Shown: one piece after another, positions 51,531 through 64,000 of the stretch | Layout of the letters: each line of letters opens with the position of its first letter | Position numbering within the stretch: position 1 is the first letter of the stretch | NCBI GenBank assembly: GCA_964270895.1 | Contig: OZ185436.1 | DNA: 64,000 nt | Direction: 5' to 3' (one strand) | Origin: Podarcis filfolensis | Taxonomy: Eukaryota | The notes under the pieces: model-generated | The model's database searches: none | What the model was told of the DNA's origin: nothing | What the model saw: only the letters and a program-made list of their open reading frames with translations | Made by a program: the position numbers and the translations under genes

Positions 51531-51779
51531 AGAGCGCAATCACAAACAACACTGCGATAAATAGCAACATGTCTGAAAAGAAGACTAGAGGCTACAGGAG
51601 ATATGTAGCTGCCACCAATCTAACATGAAGTTTGTATCTCCTCCTCCACTACCCTGTCCCAGTAAATGTGGTAAAAGAGAAATGTGATGTGAATCCCCTG
51701 GAAACCCTAAGCTGGTTTACCTGGAAGTTAGCTGCATTATATTCAAGGGGGCAGCAGCTACTACAGTCTGGGTGTGATC

Positions 51780-51910
51780 TGAAGGCACATGAGGCCAGTT
51801 GTTGAAGCTACCGTAAGTAGGTTTGGTCAATGCCTGGATGAGTGACCACCTGGGAACTGCATGTACACTACCATAGATTGCATGATGGAAGAAACATGGG
51901 ATAAAGATTA
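51780..51910 (+). mobile_element. 5S rRNA-derived SINE-like element
   Basis: gaagcta...tggtcaatgcctggatgagtgaccacctgggaa aligns to the 5S internal control region (gaagctaagcag...tggttagtacttggatgggagaccgcctgggaa). Confidence 0.65.
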
Positions 51911-51919
51911 GAAGGGAAT

Positions 51920-52170
51920 TCATTATTTATTAAATTTCTATACCACATTTCTTCTGAAGATCACAGGGTGGATTACAATACAAAAATACAAAAATACACA
52001 CATAGTAGCAGACAAGAACCTACCCCACAGTTTAAAAGGCCATAGATTGTTTAATTAGCTAAAGGCCTGCCAGAAATGTTCTTGCCTAGCACCTAAAGAT
52101 GTCCAACAAAGTCGACAGGCAAGTCTCCCTGCAAAGAGCACGCCTTCACAAGTGGGGAAGGGATGCAGGG
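51920..52170 (-). mobile_element. L2 3' end
   Basis: ttatttattaaatttctataccac tail and aaaggcctg...ttcttgcctagcacctaaagatg...caggcaagtctccctg, typical of the L2 3' UTR reverse complement. Confidence 0.7.
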
Positions 52171-52527
52171 TCACCATCTGTTTCCAGGTTCAGCTCAAAG
52201 TGCTGGTTTAAAACTATAAAGCCTGATGTAGCTAGGAACCCAATACTTCTTCTCCATATAACCCTACCTGGACACTATATTTGTCATCAGAGGCCCTTCT
52301 CCATGTACCTCTTCTGCGTGAAGTGCAGAGAGTGGCAATACGAGAATGTAATAGGCTAATGTAACAGGGTCTTCCTCCTTTCAGATCAGAGTTTTGGGCA
52401 TAAGAATTATTTCCACCATGTGCATAAACTCAGTTTGGACTCAGGCATCCTTAGCATTACTATTCATTACATGTAACTGGAGAGTATACAAAGAGGGTAC
52501 CAAGATAGCACATTGAACTATTTAGAC

Positions 52528-52659
52528 CAGGGGTAGGAAATCCATGGTCCTCCAGTTGTTGCCAGACTACCGCTCCCATCATCCCTTACCATGCTGGGTA
52601 GGACTGATGGAAGTTAGGAGATCAACAGCAACTGGAGAGCCACAAGTTCTCCATCCCAA
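52528..52659. mobile_element. hAT-type palindromic MITE
   Basis: caggggtaggaaatccatggtcctccag...ctggagagccacaagttctccatccc; TSD atttagac/atttaggc (7/8). Confidence 0.8.
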
Positions 52660-53854
52660 ATTTAGGCCATTGCTCTCAGCAGCTGTTCTGCTGGCTGGCT
52701 GAGACTGACTTTCCCAGTAATCACACTGCAAACAGTTCACAAAACAGGGTTACTGGAGGATCTTGGTAATGAAAAAAGTGTTATCAAATTGCTTCCCATT
52801 TTCTTTATGCTTCAGGGACAAACACAACTTTACAGGGCTAATGTCTATATTTATTTTTCAACCCTAACCCTAACCCTCCAAGCCATTTTTGTACCTTTAA
52901 GGGGGGTGGAGGATAGTCTCTCTCTCTCTCTCTCCTTCCCCAAGTCTACTCCATGGATCCTTCAGTTCATGACTAAAAACTCCAGGGCATTGTCACACAC
53001 ATCTGTCACAAAGTAGCATCTAAAATGCCTTTTATTCTTTTAAGTAGGGTTTGGAAACAAACAATATAATGCAATGGACATGAAATAACGTTGATGAGGA
53101 GAGAAATGACCTATCTGTGCAAGGTCTTATGATAAGCTGAGCTGTGCCTATTAATTAACCCAGAGAGGATTAAGGGAAAACTGGAGAATTACTGCAAGTT
53201 AAATCAATAAACAGGAAATAATAGGTCTGACTCCAAAGGCACAGTCATTAATGGAGAGAACTGGATCCTGGCATGTGCAAAAGCCTGGGTACAAAGCTAA
53301 TCAAAAGGTGTCAACCACAAATATGAACAAATGCCCTTGCACTAAAACCAGGAGAGACAGTGCAAATGAACCAAAAACTGCAGAAGTTTTTTGAACAACC
53401 AGGCTCGATACCTGTATGATAAGACGAGAATCCTTGCCATTACTTCCGGCTATCAAGTGGTTGAAATACACAACGTGAAGCTATATGAGGAGTTAATTAT
53501 GAATTCTCTTTAACAAAATCCCATGGCAATTCTAGGAATGAGGATAGGTATTTCAAACAGAAACAGTGGTGACGCGGATACCACTCCATGGGAATTTAAA
53601 CTCCCAAGGCCGGGCTAGATGTTGAAAACAAAATAGTAATGCTAAATTTAGATCTCTGATCAGGTTGAGTAATAATCTCTCTGCCTTATGGATACTGTGA
53701 AAGGATTTAAGTATGCTGTTGCACCATGTGAAAAAGTTTAAAATAGAAGGTGCAGAAGGCGAATGTCTAGACAGGAGCAAGCTCATGCACAAGCAAATGT
53801 TGCTATGACAATTTTTGCCACTCGCCTGTTGCCCCAGATTTCTGATTAAGTTTG

Positions 53855-53905
53855 GAGATGTGGTAAAATTATTATCTTCATTTTGTAGATGAGACCTATA
53901 AATGA
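53855..53905 (-). mobile_element. MIR core remnant
   Basis: attattatcttcattttgtagatgag is the reverse complement of the MIR core ctcatctgtaaaatggggataataat. Confidence 0.5.
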
Positions 53906-56900
53906 GCAGCTACTCACACAGCTATGTGTCTGCTGTGGTAAGTTATCAGCTGATAAACAGTTATAGCTGTATTTACACACACAATGCATCTAGAAGGCGC
54001 ATTAAATAAATAGGAGTGGAAACCCCAGATTAAGCCTGTGGATTCACACTCAACACGGGGATCAAACAGCTGCACTGGGAGACTACTTCTTGAATGCAAG
54101 CGTAAGATTTTCTGCTTATTTGAACTCTACAATGGAGGAGCAAAGAATTCTAGAGATCAATAAATGCCTTAATGCAGCATGGGTGTGGGCTGTGCTCGGT
54201 GTACACAGATACTTCCTTCCACATGAACTGCTGTCTGCCATCAGTTCAACACAGCAGCACAACAGGGTATTCTGCTTCATCTCTGCCAGTTTCTGAGATG
54301 AGAAAACTTAGTGCTTAGTATTAAAATGTGAAGAGAGAAAGAGAGGAGATTCCTGAAATTAAGCTGTCTTGCAGCTGAAATTGGTTTCCTTCAACTGAAA
54401 AAAAAGTAATAAAAGACCTTTTATGTTTCAAATGAAATGAGCCAACATTTGTTTCTGCATGGGTCCCATATATATGGGAAAAACCAGCTGTGCACACTGT
54501 TAATGGTGGTATTCATGCTTTAACGCAAGTTCTTGTGCACTATATTTTGCATACTTAAAAGGAGCAGCACGAATAGGGGCTGCTTTTGTTTATCAAGGGC
54601 CACTCCACATGCTATTCGTTTTATAACACAGGCAGAATTTCTGTACAAGAAAAAGCATGCGTGAGATTACTGCAGAAACATGTACAGAAACTGTGGACAA
54701 TATGAACAAATTCTGGGAACTGAGGATTGGCTAAAGGAACAAGAATCAGAAAACTTGAAGAAAGGGAGGAGAGAAGAAATGGAAGAGAAGAAAGGAGAAT
54801 CAGACAGTCTCAAGCAAAAGAGCTCATGCAGTGAAATTATAAAATGGTTAGGAAGATGCAGCAGCAAAAATGTTTCCCTTTCCTTTTAATTTCAAGGTTA
54901 GTTGAGGAAAACAACTGCTCTTACCAAGGATAATTTCAGAAATGACAGGCATCTTTGGATTGTCAGTAGTTTGCGAGAGGAATACTGGAGCAAACAAGAA
55001 ATAAAGTTTGCTCATATAAAATGGGTTTGTTGGCTTCATGCAACAAATCACTTCTTTCAAAAAGAGGCATTTTGTGGTTAGGAAGTTGACATGGAAAAAT
55101 GAACAAATTACTAATGGGAAGAGATATGAACACCCTGCAAGCAGATCAGGATAAATGCAGGATGAATGTTCATTGCCATGTAACGAATGCTCAGTAAAGA
55201 CCAGACATAGTGTAACCACCACATAAGCTTAGTGCAAGCAAATCAGAATAATGTTGACTAAATGGGTCATCTGGAAAAGCCCACAGTCCTTTTGGCAGTT
55301 TCAGCTGAGTGTGTGCAAATGAATCCAGTCTCCTGCTTTTTACAGCTGAAAGTTGTCTTCCCTTTGACATAGGCCATCAGTCTTACTCCCACTCTTCCTT
55401 AAAAATAAAAACAACGGAGTCCGCTTTCTCTTGTTTAATATTAAAATCAGTTTTAGAAGATTTTTCTACACCATCTCTTGGAATTGCCAACTTTTATCTG
55501 GCATTTTAATTTGTTTGCCTTGTGCTCAGTGTATTCTCAGATTCTCAAATGCATGTCAATTTTCTGGCAATTTTATGATGTAGTTCTCTCTATAAACCGG
55601 GTGTGATCACACTTTCTCTTGTCTGGCCACATGATTTTAGCTGCCGTCTGTTGGTCTGCAGTTACTGTCTCTCTCAGCAAACATAATTCTCTGCACAGTT
55701 CATCAACACCCTTCTACTTTTCTCAGTACCACTGAGATCTGCAAATTAGCCAATCTCAAGACTTTGAGTTAACTAGGGCTTTGGATTACTCTTTCCCCCA
55801 CACCTTCCATTTCAATGGCAAAAACATTTTCCCCATTACATTATGACCATCTATGTTTGGCCCTTAATCTCTGACAGATTAGCCTTCTGTAATCTAGGCA
55901 AGCCTGAGCAGCAATATTGTAGAATGGAGTAAACGTATGTTGCGCCAAGTTGTCATATGTCATCAGGTGAGTGACAAATTGGCATAGCGTGCCCAAAATG
56001 GTCTTGAAATCCAAATCCAGAGGCCTTGTGAACCACCAGCATAAAAGACAATTCAAATTCTGAAATCCCTAGTAGTATTTCTCTCTAAGAGATATTAAGA
56101 TAGTTTGGAAGGTATAGCCATGATTCTTTGAAAATGGAGGAAAAATGTCTGCCTCTTTTGCAGCTATGACTCACAGCTGCAAAATACAGCAGCACCTGAA
56201 AGCCATTTCTTTCTTTGTAATATGGAATAGAGGCATGACTGCATCCTTGTAAGAAACTGGTAAAACCTACAGTGAAACTAAGGATTCCTCTAAAGACAGC
56301 CACATAGACTGATTCACATTTGTCTCATTTAGACTCTGAATTGCACAAACCAGGCCTTTTAGCAATAATGTGTGCCACTGCAGAAGGTTGGATATTGTGC
56401 AGCAGCCCCTTCAAACTCAATAAGGGTAGGCTGTATTGAATTAAAATGTGAATATGAATAGTACAATCAGTACCTCAAGTCTTCGATTTATATAGATAAG
56501 TCTGTTTATCTCATTTCACAATGTTCTCACAGTAATAGTTCCAATATGGTGAGATTTTTATAACTACAGTTATCGCCAGTATTGGGGGGGGGGAGACTGT
56601 TGGGCTTGGGAACTTAAAAGAGGGACAGCTGTAACTCTCTGCATTCAACATGCTAGACAGGGTTACTTACCGGTATTTTTTGTAAACTGGCTCACCCAGC
56701 AGAATAGTCGTTCCTCAATACAAGACAACTGAGTTTTTAAAGGACTGGTGCTTATTACACTATACCAATATTGGATACTTTATCAAAGGCAGTCCACCTA
56801 ACTTCCTCAACTATGAGATATTTATGTCTGCAAAAGGGTTTTGCTTTGTTTTTTGTAAAATTGAGGCCATATATCTTCACATTTTAAAGTTGTTGATCCA

Positions 56901-57788
56901 CTAATGCCAGTACCTTCAGTTTGTAATTGATGTTAATGTTTATTGAATATTATATTGGGCATGTTTTACTATAGTATTATTGCAATATTGATTGTTGTGA
57001 ACTGCTTAGGTATTTTATAACTAAAAAAGCAGGATTTATTATTATTTTTTAAGATTTAAAAAGTGGATCATTCATTTTCAAAAATGTACAAAACCAAGAA
57101 GAACTCATCAGGTTATTTTAAAAAAATCCTGTAACTATAATCAGTATTTGTCTCACATGTAGTCCCATCAGTATTAGAAACAGATATGAAATCTAGGAGT
57201 TAAATGACACCTTAAACATAGGTTATGGGTGCAACAAAGGAATGTCTAGGCGCACTTTTTTACAACAAGAATGCAAAGCTGAAAATGAATGAACTGCAGC
57301 TAAAAATGAATGAACTGCAGCTAAAATGGTATGTTCATTTTTCACATGGTCTAGTCCTTCCCCTGCCCACCCCCCTAATATTCTTAAGGCGGTCTCTTCT
57401 CCAGTCTTAAGAGAGTGGCTGGAAATGGGGAAGAAGAAAAGGGTCCTCCTTTCCTTCCACCCTGCAGTTTTAATCTGAAATCTTAGGCGCAGTACTGTGC
57501 CCAGAGCTCAGAAACTGCTTGCGCTAATGAAATTTCCTGTCGCAAAACGTGCCTAGAACAATGGGAATTTCGAACACTTAGTCCCATATAATACAATCAT
57601 ACCAAAATAAAACAAACATTTATTAGAGAACTTCAGGTCGTCTCAATGGCCTTGTTTTGTAAGCTGTCACATTCTTAGGGAACATGCTATCCCATAATGA
57701 ATTCTGTAAGCCACCCTCCGTTCAAGGATTTGCGTGAAAATCTTTTAAATTCCTTTGCCTGGAAGCTTGAATAATTTGTTATTCAAGT

Positions 57789-57940
57789 GGATAGCACAGT
57801 TGGTTACAGAATGGTGCTGACAACACCAAGGTTGTAACTTTGATCTCCATATGGGACAGCTGCATATTCCTGCATTCCAGTGGGTTGGACAAGATGATCC
57901 TCAGGGTCCCTTCCAAATCTACAATTCTATGACACTATGA
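57789..57940 (+). mobile_element. tRNA-derived SINE with a CR1 3' tail
   Basis: ggatagcacagttggttacag..tggtgctgacaacaccaaggtt (tRNA-Ile-like head) and gggttggacaagatgatcctcagggtcccttccaaatctacaattctatga (CR1 terminus). Confidence 0.8.
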
Positions 57941-58337
57941 TTTCAATTGAGGAAAACTGGATAATAATAGGAACAGAACCAAATATAACCATTAGTGTAT
58001 TTTAGGGAAACTCATACACTAATGGTTTGCTACCATCATTTCCAGATGTCTACAAACCAGTATTTGCTTGTTTGTTTGTTTTAATCTGAATGTTATTGGA
58101 TAAATAGGATGGAAAAGACACACCCACACCCACACCAAACCCTGGAACAAACTAGAATTGGTGTGAGCCATCCATTCGTAACAAAAAACCTCAATGAAAT
58201 CTGTGCAAACTCAGCAAATTGGGCAGAAGTGCTTGATGAAAAATATCTTTCTGCCACAAGAGAGTCAAAATAAGCCGAGGAACATTTATTTGGGGACTAT
58301 GAAAGATTTTACCTATTTGGTGGCGGGGTGCCACCAA

Positions 58338-58369
58338 ATAATAATGATGATGATGATGATGATGATGAT
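58338..58369. repeat. (AAT)n(GAT)n microsatellite
   Basis: Directly visible. Confidence 0.9.
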
Positions 58370-58734
58370 TGGGGGCAGTTCTATTTCCCTTTCCCAAATT
58401 TCTCCATTCATTAGATTCCAAGGGAAGTCTCATGCTGCCTGAAGCCTTCAAGGCTTTTATCAAATAGATTCCTGCCCTATGCTCTAGACAGGCCAAGAAT
58501 TACAATGATCTCAGTTACTGAGCTGTCCATAGTGCTGGAATATGAGCTTCCAATATTTAGCTTAAATGGATGACATCAATCAAGGTTTTGCATTTTTTTA
58601 AATCACAAAGGAGGTTGAGAGCAAGGGCTGTTTTTAAAGGATTGAGTATAACATGCATATGTGCACACACATGTAATTAAATACTAAAATATTTAATAAA
58701 TATTAGTGGAATATGTATTTGTAAACATCTAGCT

Positions 58735-58870
58735 CCAGCATAGGCAAACTCAGCCCTCCAGCTGTTTTGGGACTACAACTCCCATCACCCCTAGCTAACA
58801 GGACCAGTGGTCAGGGATGATGGGAGTTGTAGTCCCAAAACATCTGGAGGGCCAAGTTTGGGGTTGCCTG
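58735..58870. mobile_element. hAT-type palindromic MITE
   Basis: Same family as 11990-12125 in the opposite orientation; TSD atctagct/atctaact. Confidence 0.9.
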
Positions 58871-59014
58871 ATCTAACTTCAAGGCAACCCATTAAAGGGC
58901 TAATTTATTTCATCAGAAATACTGCATAAGTGATTGGGTTCAGGAACATGCATGCAACAAATTATATGGATGCAGCATAGCAGCAAACTGGGGTATGGTT
59001 TGAAAACACATTAG

Positions 59015-59125
59015 GCCACAATCTTGCTGAAGCTAAGCAGCTCTGGGTTTGCTTAGTGCCTGGGGATCACATGTACACTCCTTTGGATTCCACGAGGGAA
59101 GAAAGGTTGGATATCAATATAAGGA
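59015..59125 (+). mobile_element. 5S rRNA-derived SINE-like element, internally deleted
   Basis: tgaagctaagcag...ttagtgcctgg, then catgtacact...ggaagaaagg shared with the 51780 copy. Confidence 0.6.
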
Positions 59126-61097
59126 AGTAAACAGCTATGTGTGGCATACCAAAAACCTTCTAAACCTTTTATAGGACGAAAGGGTCAAGGAAGTCAGGCT
59201 CATGGATGTACATATTTTAGTGGGTATGTGCTCCATTACATGCACTGAATTTCTACATTACCAATTGCCTGAGAACTAGCACAGGATTGTCACATAAAGG
59301 GATAGTTAAGCTATGAAGTGATTTTAGTTCAATATGCTGTAGCAAGTGTTTACTTCCAAAATAGAAAGCCTCTAAGTGGCACTGTTTGCATTTGCAAGAA
59401 GCTGATATTGTGTGTGCATGTGAACTGCTACACCTTCTTCACACATGTAAGCCAACCATTTATTCTGGCTCACAGTGAAGTTTCTTCATGAGATCGCATA
59501 CATGGGAGAGATCATACGGAGATAATAAGTGGCTGATCTGCATATAGAAGAAGCCCTAGATTTCACCACAGGCCACTTCTGAGGTGGAACAAAAGGGCTT
59601 TCTTGATAAACCAATTCTAAAACAAATTTCCAAAGGGCAAAAACCCAGTGAGTGTCCTCCCTTCATAAAAGACTGCTATAAAGTACAGCTGACTTAATTG
59701 AAACACTTATTTCCCATGTGCAGCTTTATGCCAAGTGGGAGCAATTTATCCAGCAAGGCCACTCTTTGGGCTTGTAATTAGGCAATGCAAGCCCTGCAGA
59801 AGAAATGGCAACTAGCTGGTTCTGACATATATGAGGTCAACTGTCACTCTTATGAACCAATTTCAAGTAGTATCTGGCCATCTAATTTCTGCTGACAGGT
59901 ATTTCTTCCCCATTTTCTATTATCTCTGTGGAATACCTCTACCATGATACAAAAAGCAAATTATTTATGGTGATTTAGAATGCATTTATAGAGCAGCTAC
60001 TTCTCCCATCATTTTTTTTTAAAGAACAGAATTCTATAAATGATTATTGAAGGGGGAAGACTGGAGAGTGACACAGACCTGCCATTCCCTGTAAATGCCA
60101 GCTAACACTGCCTTCATTTGTGAGAGCAGGGGTGCAGGGAGGAAGGCAGAGCCTTTATCAAGCCCTTTGAGCTACACTGCCTGTGCAGGTGTTGCACCTG
60201 CATAGGGAGGGATCATACCCATTTTACTTCTTTATTTGTAATGAGTTTCTATGGTTTTGAGCCTCAAAAGCTTCGAATACCATCTGTGATAGCAGATTGC
60301 TGCAGGATTTAGCTAATAATAGCTGCTGGTACATATTTCTTATTTTTCAAATGAGGGGCATGGAATAGACAAGCAGATGGATGGAAATAATGCACTGAGT
60401 GACTTGCTGCCAATAAGATGATGCATCCCTATCCCATCATAAAACAGGAAACTAAAAATACCGTATATTAATCTGAAGCAGCACCACTCCGGAACCAGCC
60501 ATTCCTTCCAAGTCCCCAGCAGCTGCTTTTATAGAAGCGTCTGAAGATATATTGGCACCTTCAGTTCCCAACCAAGTACCATTTGCCATCTGGATGGAAT
60601 CTCAGAGGTCAGTTGCTTCTACTTGATGGAAATGCATGTCACAATCTTGACTCGCCAACTCCCTACCATGATGGAAACTTACCGTAAATGTGCATCCACT
60701 GCTTGAAATAAATGTTCCTATTAGAGGATTATTTCAGAAAATGTTGCTGAATGAAAGGGCAAAATAGGCAATCACTGAGAATGTGAAAGCTTCCAAGCTA
60801 CTCTTAATATAAAGCCTTAAGCAAACAATGGTATGGCGATCTAAACACTTCTCTTAGACCATTTATTTCTACTAAATAATGGATTAGAGGAGATGTCTAG
60901 GTATTAATTCTCACTTTTAAAGAACACGGAATAGGTAGCTTTAGACAAAACACCCTTCATCAGTTTGTTAAGGCTCTATGTCTCTCATTGTACTTTTAAT
61001 GAAATCATTACATCAAGTTGCCAAGCAACCCAATGAAAGAGGTCTATATTAAAGAAACCTTGGTAACAAGAAAATTGGTTGTACAAGACAAGGTTCC

Positions 61098-61121
61098 CAT
61101 ACACACACACACACACACACT
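61098..61121. repeat. (CA)n microsatellite
   Basis: Directly visible. Confidence 0.9.
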
Positions 61122-61363
61122 GATTCTGGGAGCAATTCAGACTTTTGGCCCAGCAATGACATCCCACAAATAATGGGGAACAAGTGTGGGCCTCATGAAC
61201 ATGCATATACATTCCAGGCAAGTGAGCTAGGTGTTCAGCACACCAGTAAGTCTGTCATCGTTTTCTACTCCCCATATGGACAATAGTGAACTAGAAACAC
61301 ACACACACACCTGTATCCAAAGTAGCATTAAATCACAGTCCTATCAGTACAAGGATTTCCACT

Positions 61364-61507
61364 TGTGCAATGGGACTTTCCACCCCCTCCCACCCCTGAG
61401 CACTGCCTAAGTATGTTCTAGCTGTTCCCCCAAACCTCTGGAGCAGATTTGAGGAAGGCATGGGACACATACAGGGGGATGGGAAGGAGGAAAGTCACAC
61501 TGCATAA
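61364..61507. mobile_element. MITE-like palindromic repeat (related to 6851-7078)
   Basis: Inverted arms ttgtgcaatgggactttcc / ggaaagtcacactgcataa around ccccaaacctctggagcagatttgagg. Confidence 0.5.
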
Positions 61508-64000
61508 AAGGATTTTTTGCCCCCAGTGCACATGTAACATCATTTTTGTGAGAGTGAGTACTCATATTTCCAAAACCCAGGGCTTTTCATTACCATATAC
61601 AGGATCTTATAATCTAGACTGTCAAAACTAGCAATGAACAAATTGTTACCAAGCACCATTACATATTGGAGTGCTTCATCTGCTCTGGAATTTTGGAACT
61701 CCTTTTGAGACAATATAAAGATAGGATCACTTCCTCTTGCAGTGTTCTGAATATTGTCAGATTCAAGAAACATAATTAGCTAGCCAACACTGCTGGAATA
61801 GTTTGTTCTCAAAACTTTGAATAAAGGTGGGCTTGTGGGTGGGGACGGATCATGTTTCCTTCATGTCAAATGAAGACCCAACTTTACTAGATGCTAAGTA
61901 AGCACGCTCAGTTTTCAACCAATGTCTCAAAGGCAAGAGCACATACATCAAAACCTGAGTCTCGGTGCCCCTGCATACATACAGAGTTGTTAGTTGATCT
62001 ACAGAATTCAGACATGGGTTCCTCCTTTAGTGTTGGCTCTAGGCTTTGGGAGGCCCTTTGGCAAGATCATCTCAGGAAGAGTTACTTTCTAATTGTGCAC
62101 CCATCTCCTTTTCCTCACTGCTACAGCTCCCCATTTGCTTGCCTCTGGGCCCAATCTGTGCCACTTCCCAGGGAGAGATAAAGTTTTGCAGAGGTTACTG
62201 CTCACTTGCCAAGGGAACATGAACAGGCAGTAACAACAGGGAGAAGAAAGGGCCAGGACATTCTAAAGTTTGGCAAAGGGTCCCCTGCTAGAGTGTGGGC
62301 CATTGCATGTGCCCCAAACCCCCAATTCCTGGTTCTGGTCCTGCCCCCTTCAAAGAGTGATTGCTTCTCCAGGTTAAATCCCAGATTATTACACTTTTCT
62401 TAATTTGTAACAAAAATATAATGCAAAAATAAGTCCTTGGTAGGCAATATGAAACACTTACATGAGTACAAAAGCTCTCTTTCAGATAGTCAATAGGCCT
62501 CTGTGACAATAAAGTCATCCAATGGCTGAGCAACTTCTCAATTTGGTGACTCAAAACTCTGTGTAGGTTAACATCTGATCTAACCACCACTTTGAGACTC
62601 TACCAAGAGTAATTGGTCTGTCTGCCTGTCCAAGAAGGCAATAGCAGACCAGATGGAGACCAAACATCCATACTAAAGGCTTCCATAGAGAGGAAAGCCA
62701 CTTAAAGAATGTTATATCATTATGGAGGCAAGGAAGCCAGCTGCAATGCCAATCAACAAAATGAAAGAAAAGGGAATCTCACAGACTTGTTCATCCCTCA
62801 AAATAAGGCCCATTTGCTGCATCAAGGCCCATTTGGTGCATTTAAACACAGGCTAAAGTGAAAGGCTACAACGTTGCAGCATCTGCACCTATAAAGTAAG
62901 ATATATGGTGACCTGTACATGTATGCAGATGAGTATGTTTTGACTATTCCTTTGAATTTAACATTTGAAATTGCAAAGCTTTTTTTTTTAAAAAAAGAGC
63001 AATATTGAATACTTCCATTTTCCAGGCTTTTAAATGTAGTTTGTATATTTTTAAACCAATAAACATTTAATTAAACTTTTTTTAAAAATAGACATTTAAA
63101 AAATCTCCTAGGATTGTAGTGCAAAACTAGAAAGAAAAGGAAAGACAGTAACACAAAAGCCTAATAATCTCCCACAGACCATTTTCATAGGATATAGCCC
63201 AAGTTACAGCTTCTGACTTTTTGAGATAAAGGAGCTTTGGAATAAAGCACACACACCTTTTATACACACATCATGTTTTCAAGCAAAAGAAAACTTCAGC
63301 CAGTTGAAGTCTACCTGACTTCATGTATTGGAGGAACTAACTTGGGAAAAGGTGGGAGGAAAGCTTTCCAAATCCTATACTGTTGCTACTGAGCATCTAA
63401 GATCTGCCTTCAGTGGGTCATACTCCACTCTTGCTTTTTGAAAAACCAGAACTCTGCTGGAGCAAATCACGGGAGTCCCACACATGTGGAAACCCGATGT
63501 TAACAGATACTAGCAGCTGGTCTTGCCTGTCCAAATAAAATGACAAGACAAAGTTGAAACAATGAATGCCTGAGTCATTAAAAATGCATGATGCATTTTG
63601 ATGGCTAGCTTTTTTGCCCATTTGGGAAATCAGTATGGAAGGCAACTTACAGCAATTTTTTTATAGCATTCCATGCATTTGCTTTTTCAAACTAATGGCC
63701 CGATTCTGCTGTCATTCTGTGGGAGGAATTCCCAGTGGGAGCCAACAGAGAGAAACGGGGCCTGTTAGAGGTCAGTTTTATATTGTACCAGGTCACAAGC
63801 AAGTTTATAAAAAAAAAAGAATACAACCTCTACATTCTCTCTCTGGCACACAAAAATGCACAAATACTACCCACAGTCCAAGGGATACCAATTGGATATT
63901 TCACCTAGGATATTCAGTAATATAGTTGCTGGCTAAATGTGCAGGGAAAATCAAGGCTCACACACCACCCTACAGGCCAAGCACTGGGCAAGAAGCAGGT

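Larger units (their letters stand above)
963..64000 (-). other. PPP2R2B: Large PPP2R2B intron upstream of the ADIIST exon (more than 63 kb, extends beyond the window)
   Basis: No recognisable MEEDIDTRK, MKCFSRYLP or WCFSQVKG first exon and no CpG island in the window; content is repeats and non-coding DNA. Confidence 0.75.

Noticed and set aside
54680-54889. Glu/Lys-rich ORF (also 5702-5896)
   Set aside because: Purine-rich low-complexity DNA with no splice context or homology.
1-64000. CRISPR arrays, operons, intact transposases or endogenous viral genes
   Set aside because: No regularly spaced repeat arrays and no ORF above 170 aa; all retroelement coding remnants contain stops or frameshifts.

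Overview
Vertebrate genomic DNA, most likely from a squamate and probably a lacertid lizard (inferred from five Sauria-type SINE copies and a Squam-type SINE repertoire). The only supportable host coding sequence is a 98-bp minus-strand exon at 865-962 ([33 protein letters not shown]), which matches PPP2R2B (PP2A B55-beta). Positions 963-64000 appear to be one large upstream intron of more than 63 kb, with no CpG island or recognisable first exon. The intron holds Sauria, Squam2/Squam3-like, 5S-derived and MIR-like SINEs, L2, RTE and CR1-type LINE fragments, hAT and Tigger-like MITEs with target-site duplications, and microsatellites. The least expected element is a decayed DIRS-like (tyrosine-recombinase) retrotransposon at about 25.15-26.95 kb. 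No intact novel multi-gene system is supported. Repeat family names come from recalled consensus resemblance, not database searches.
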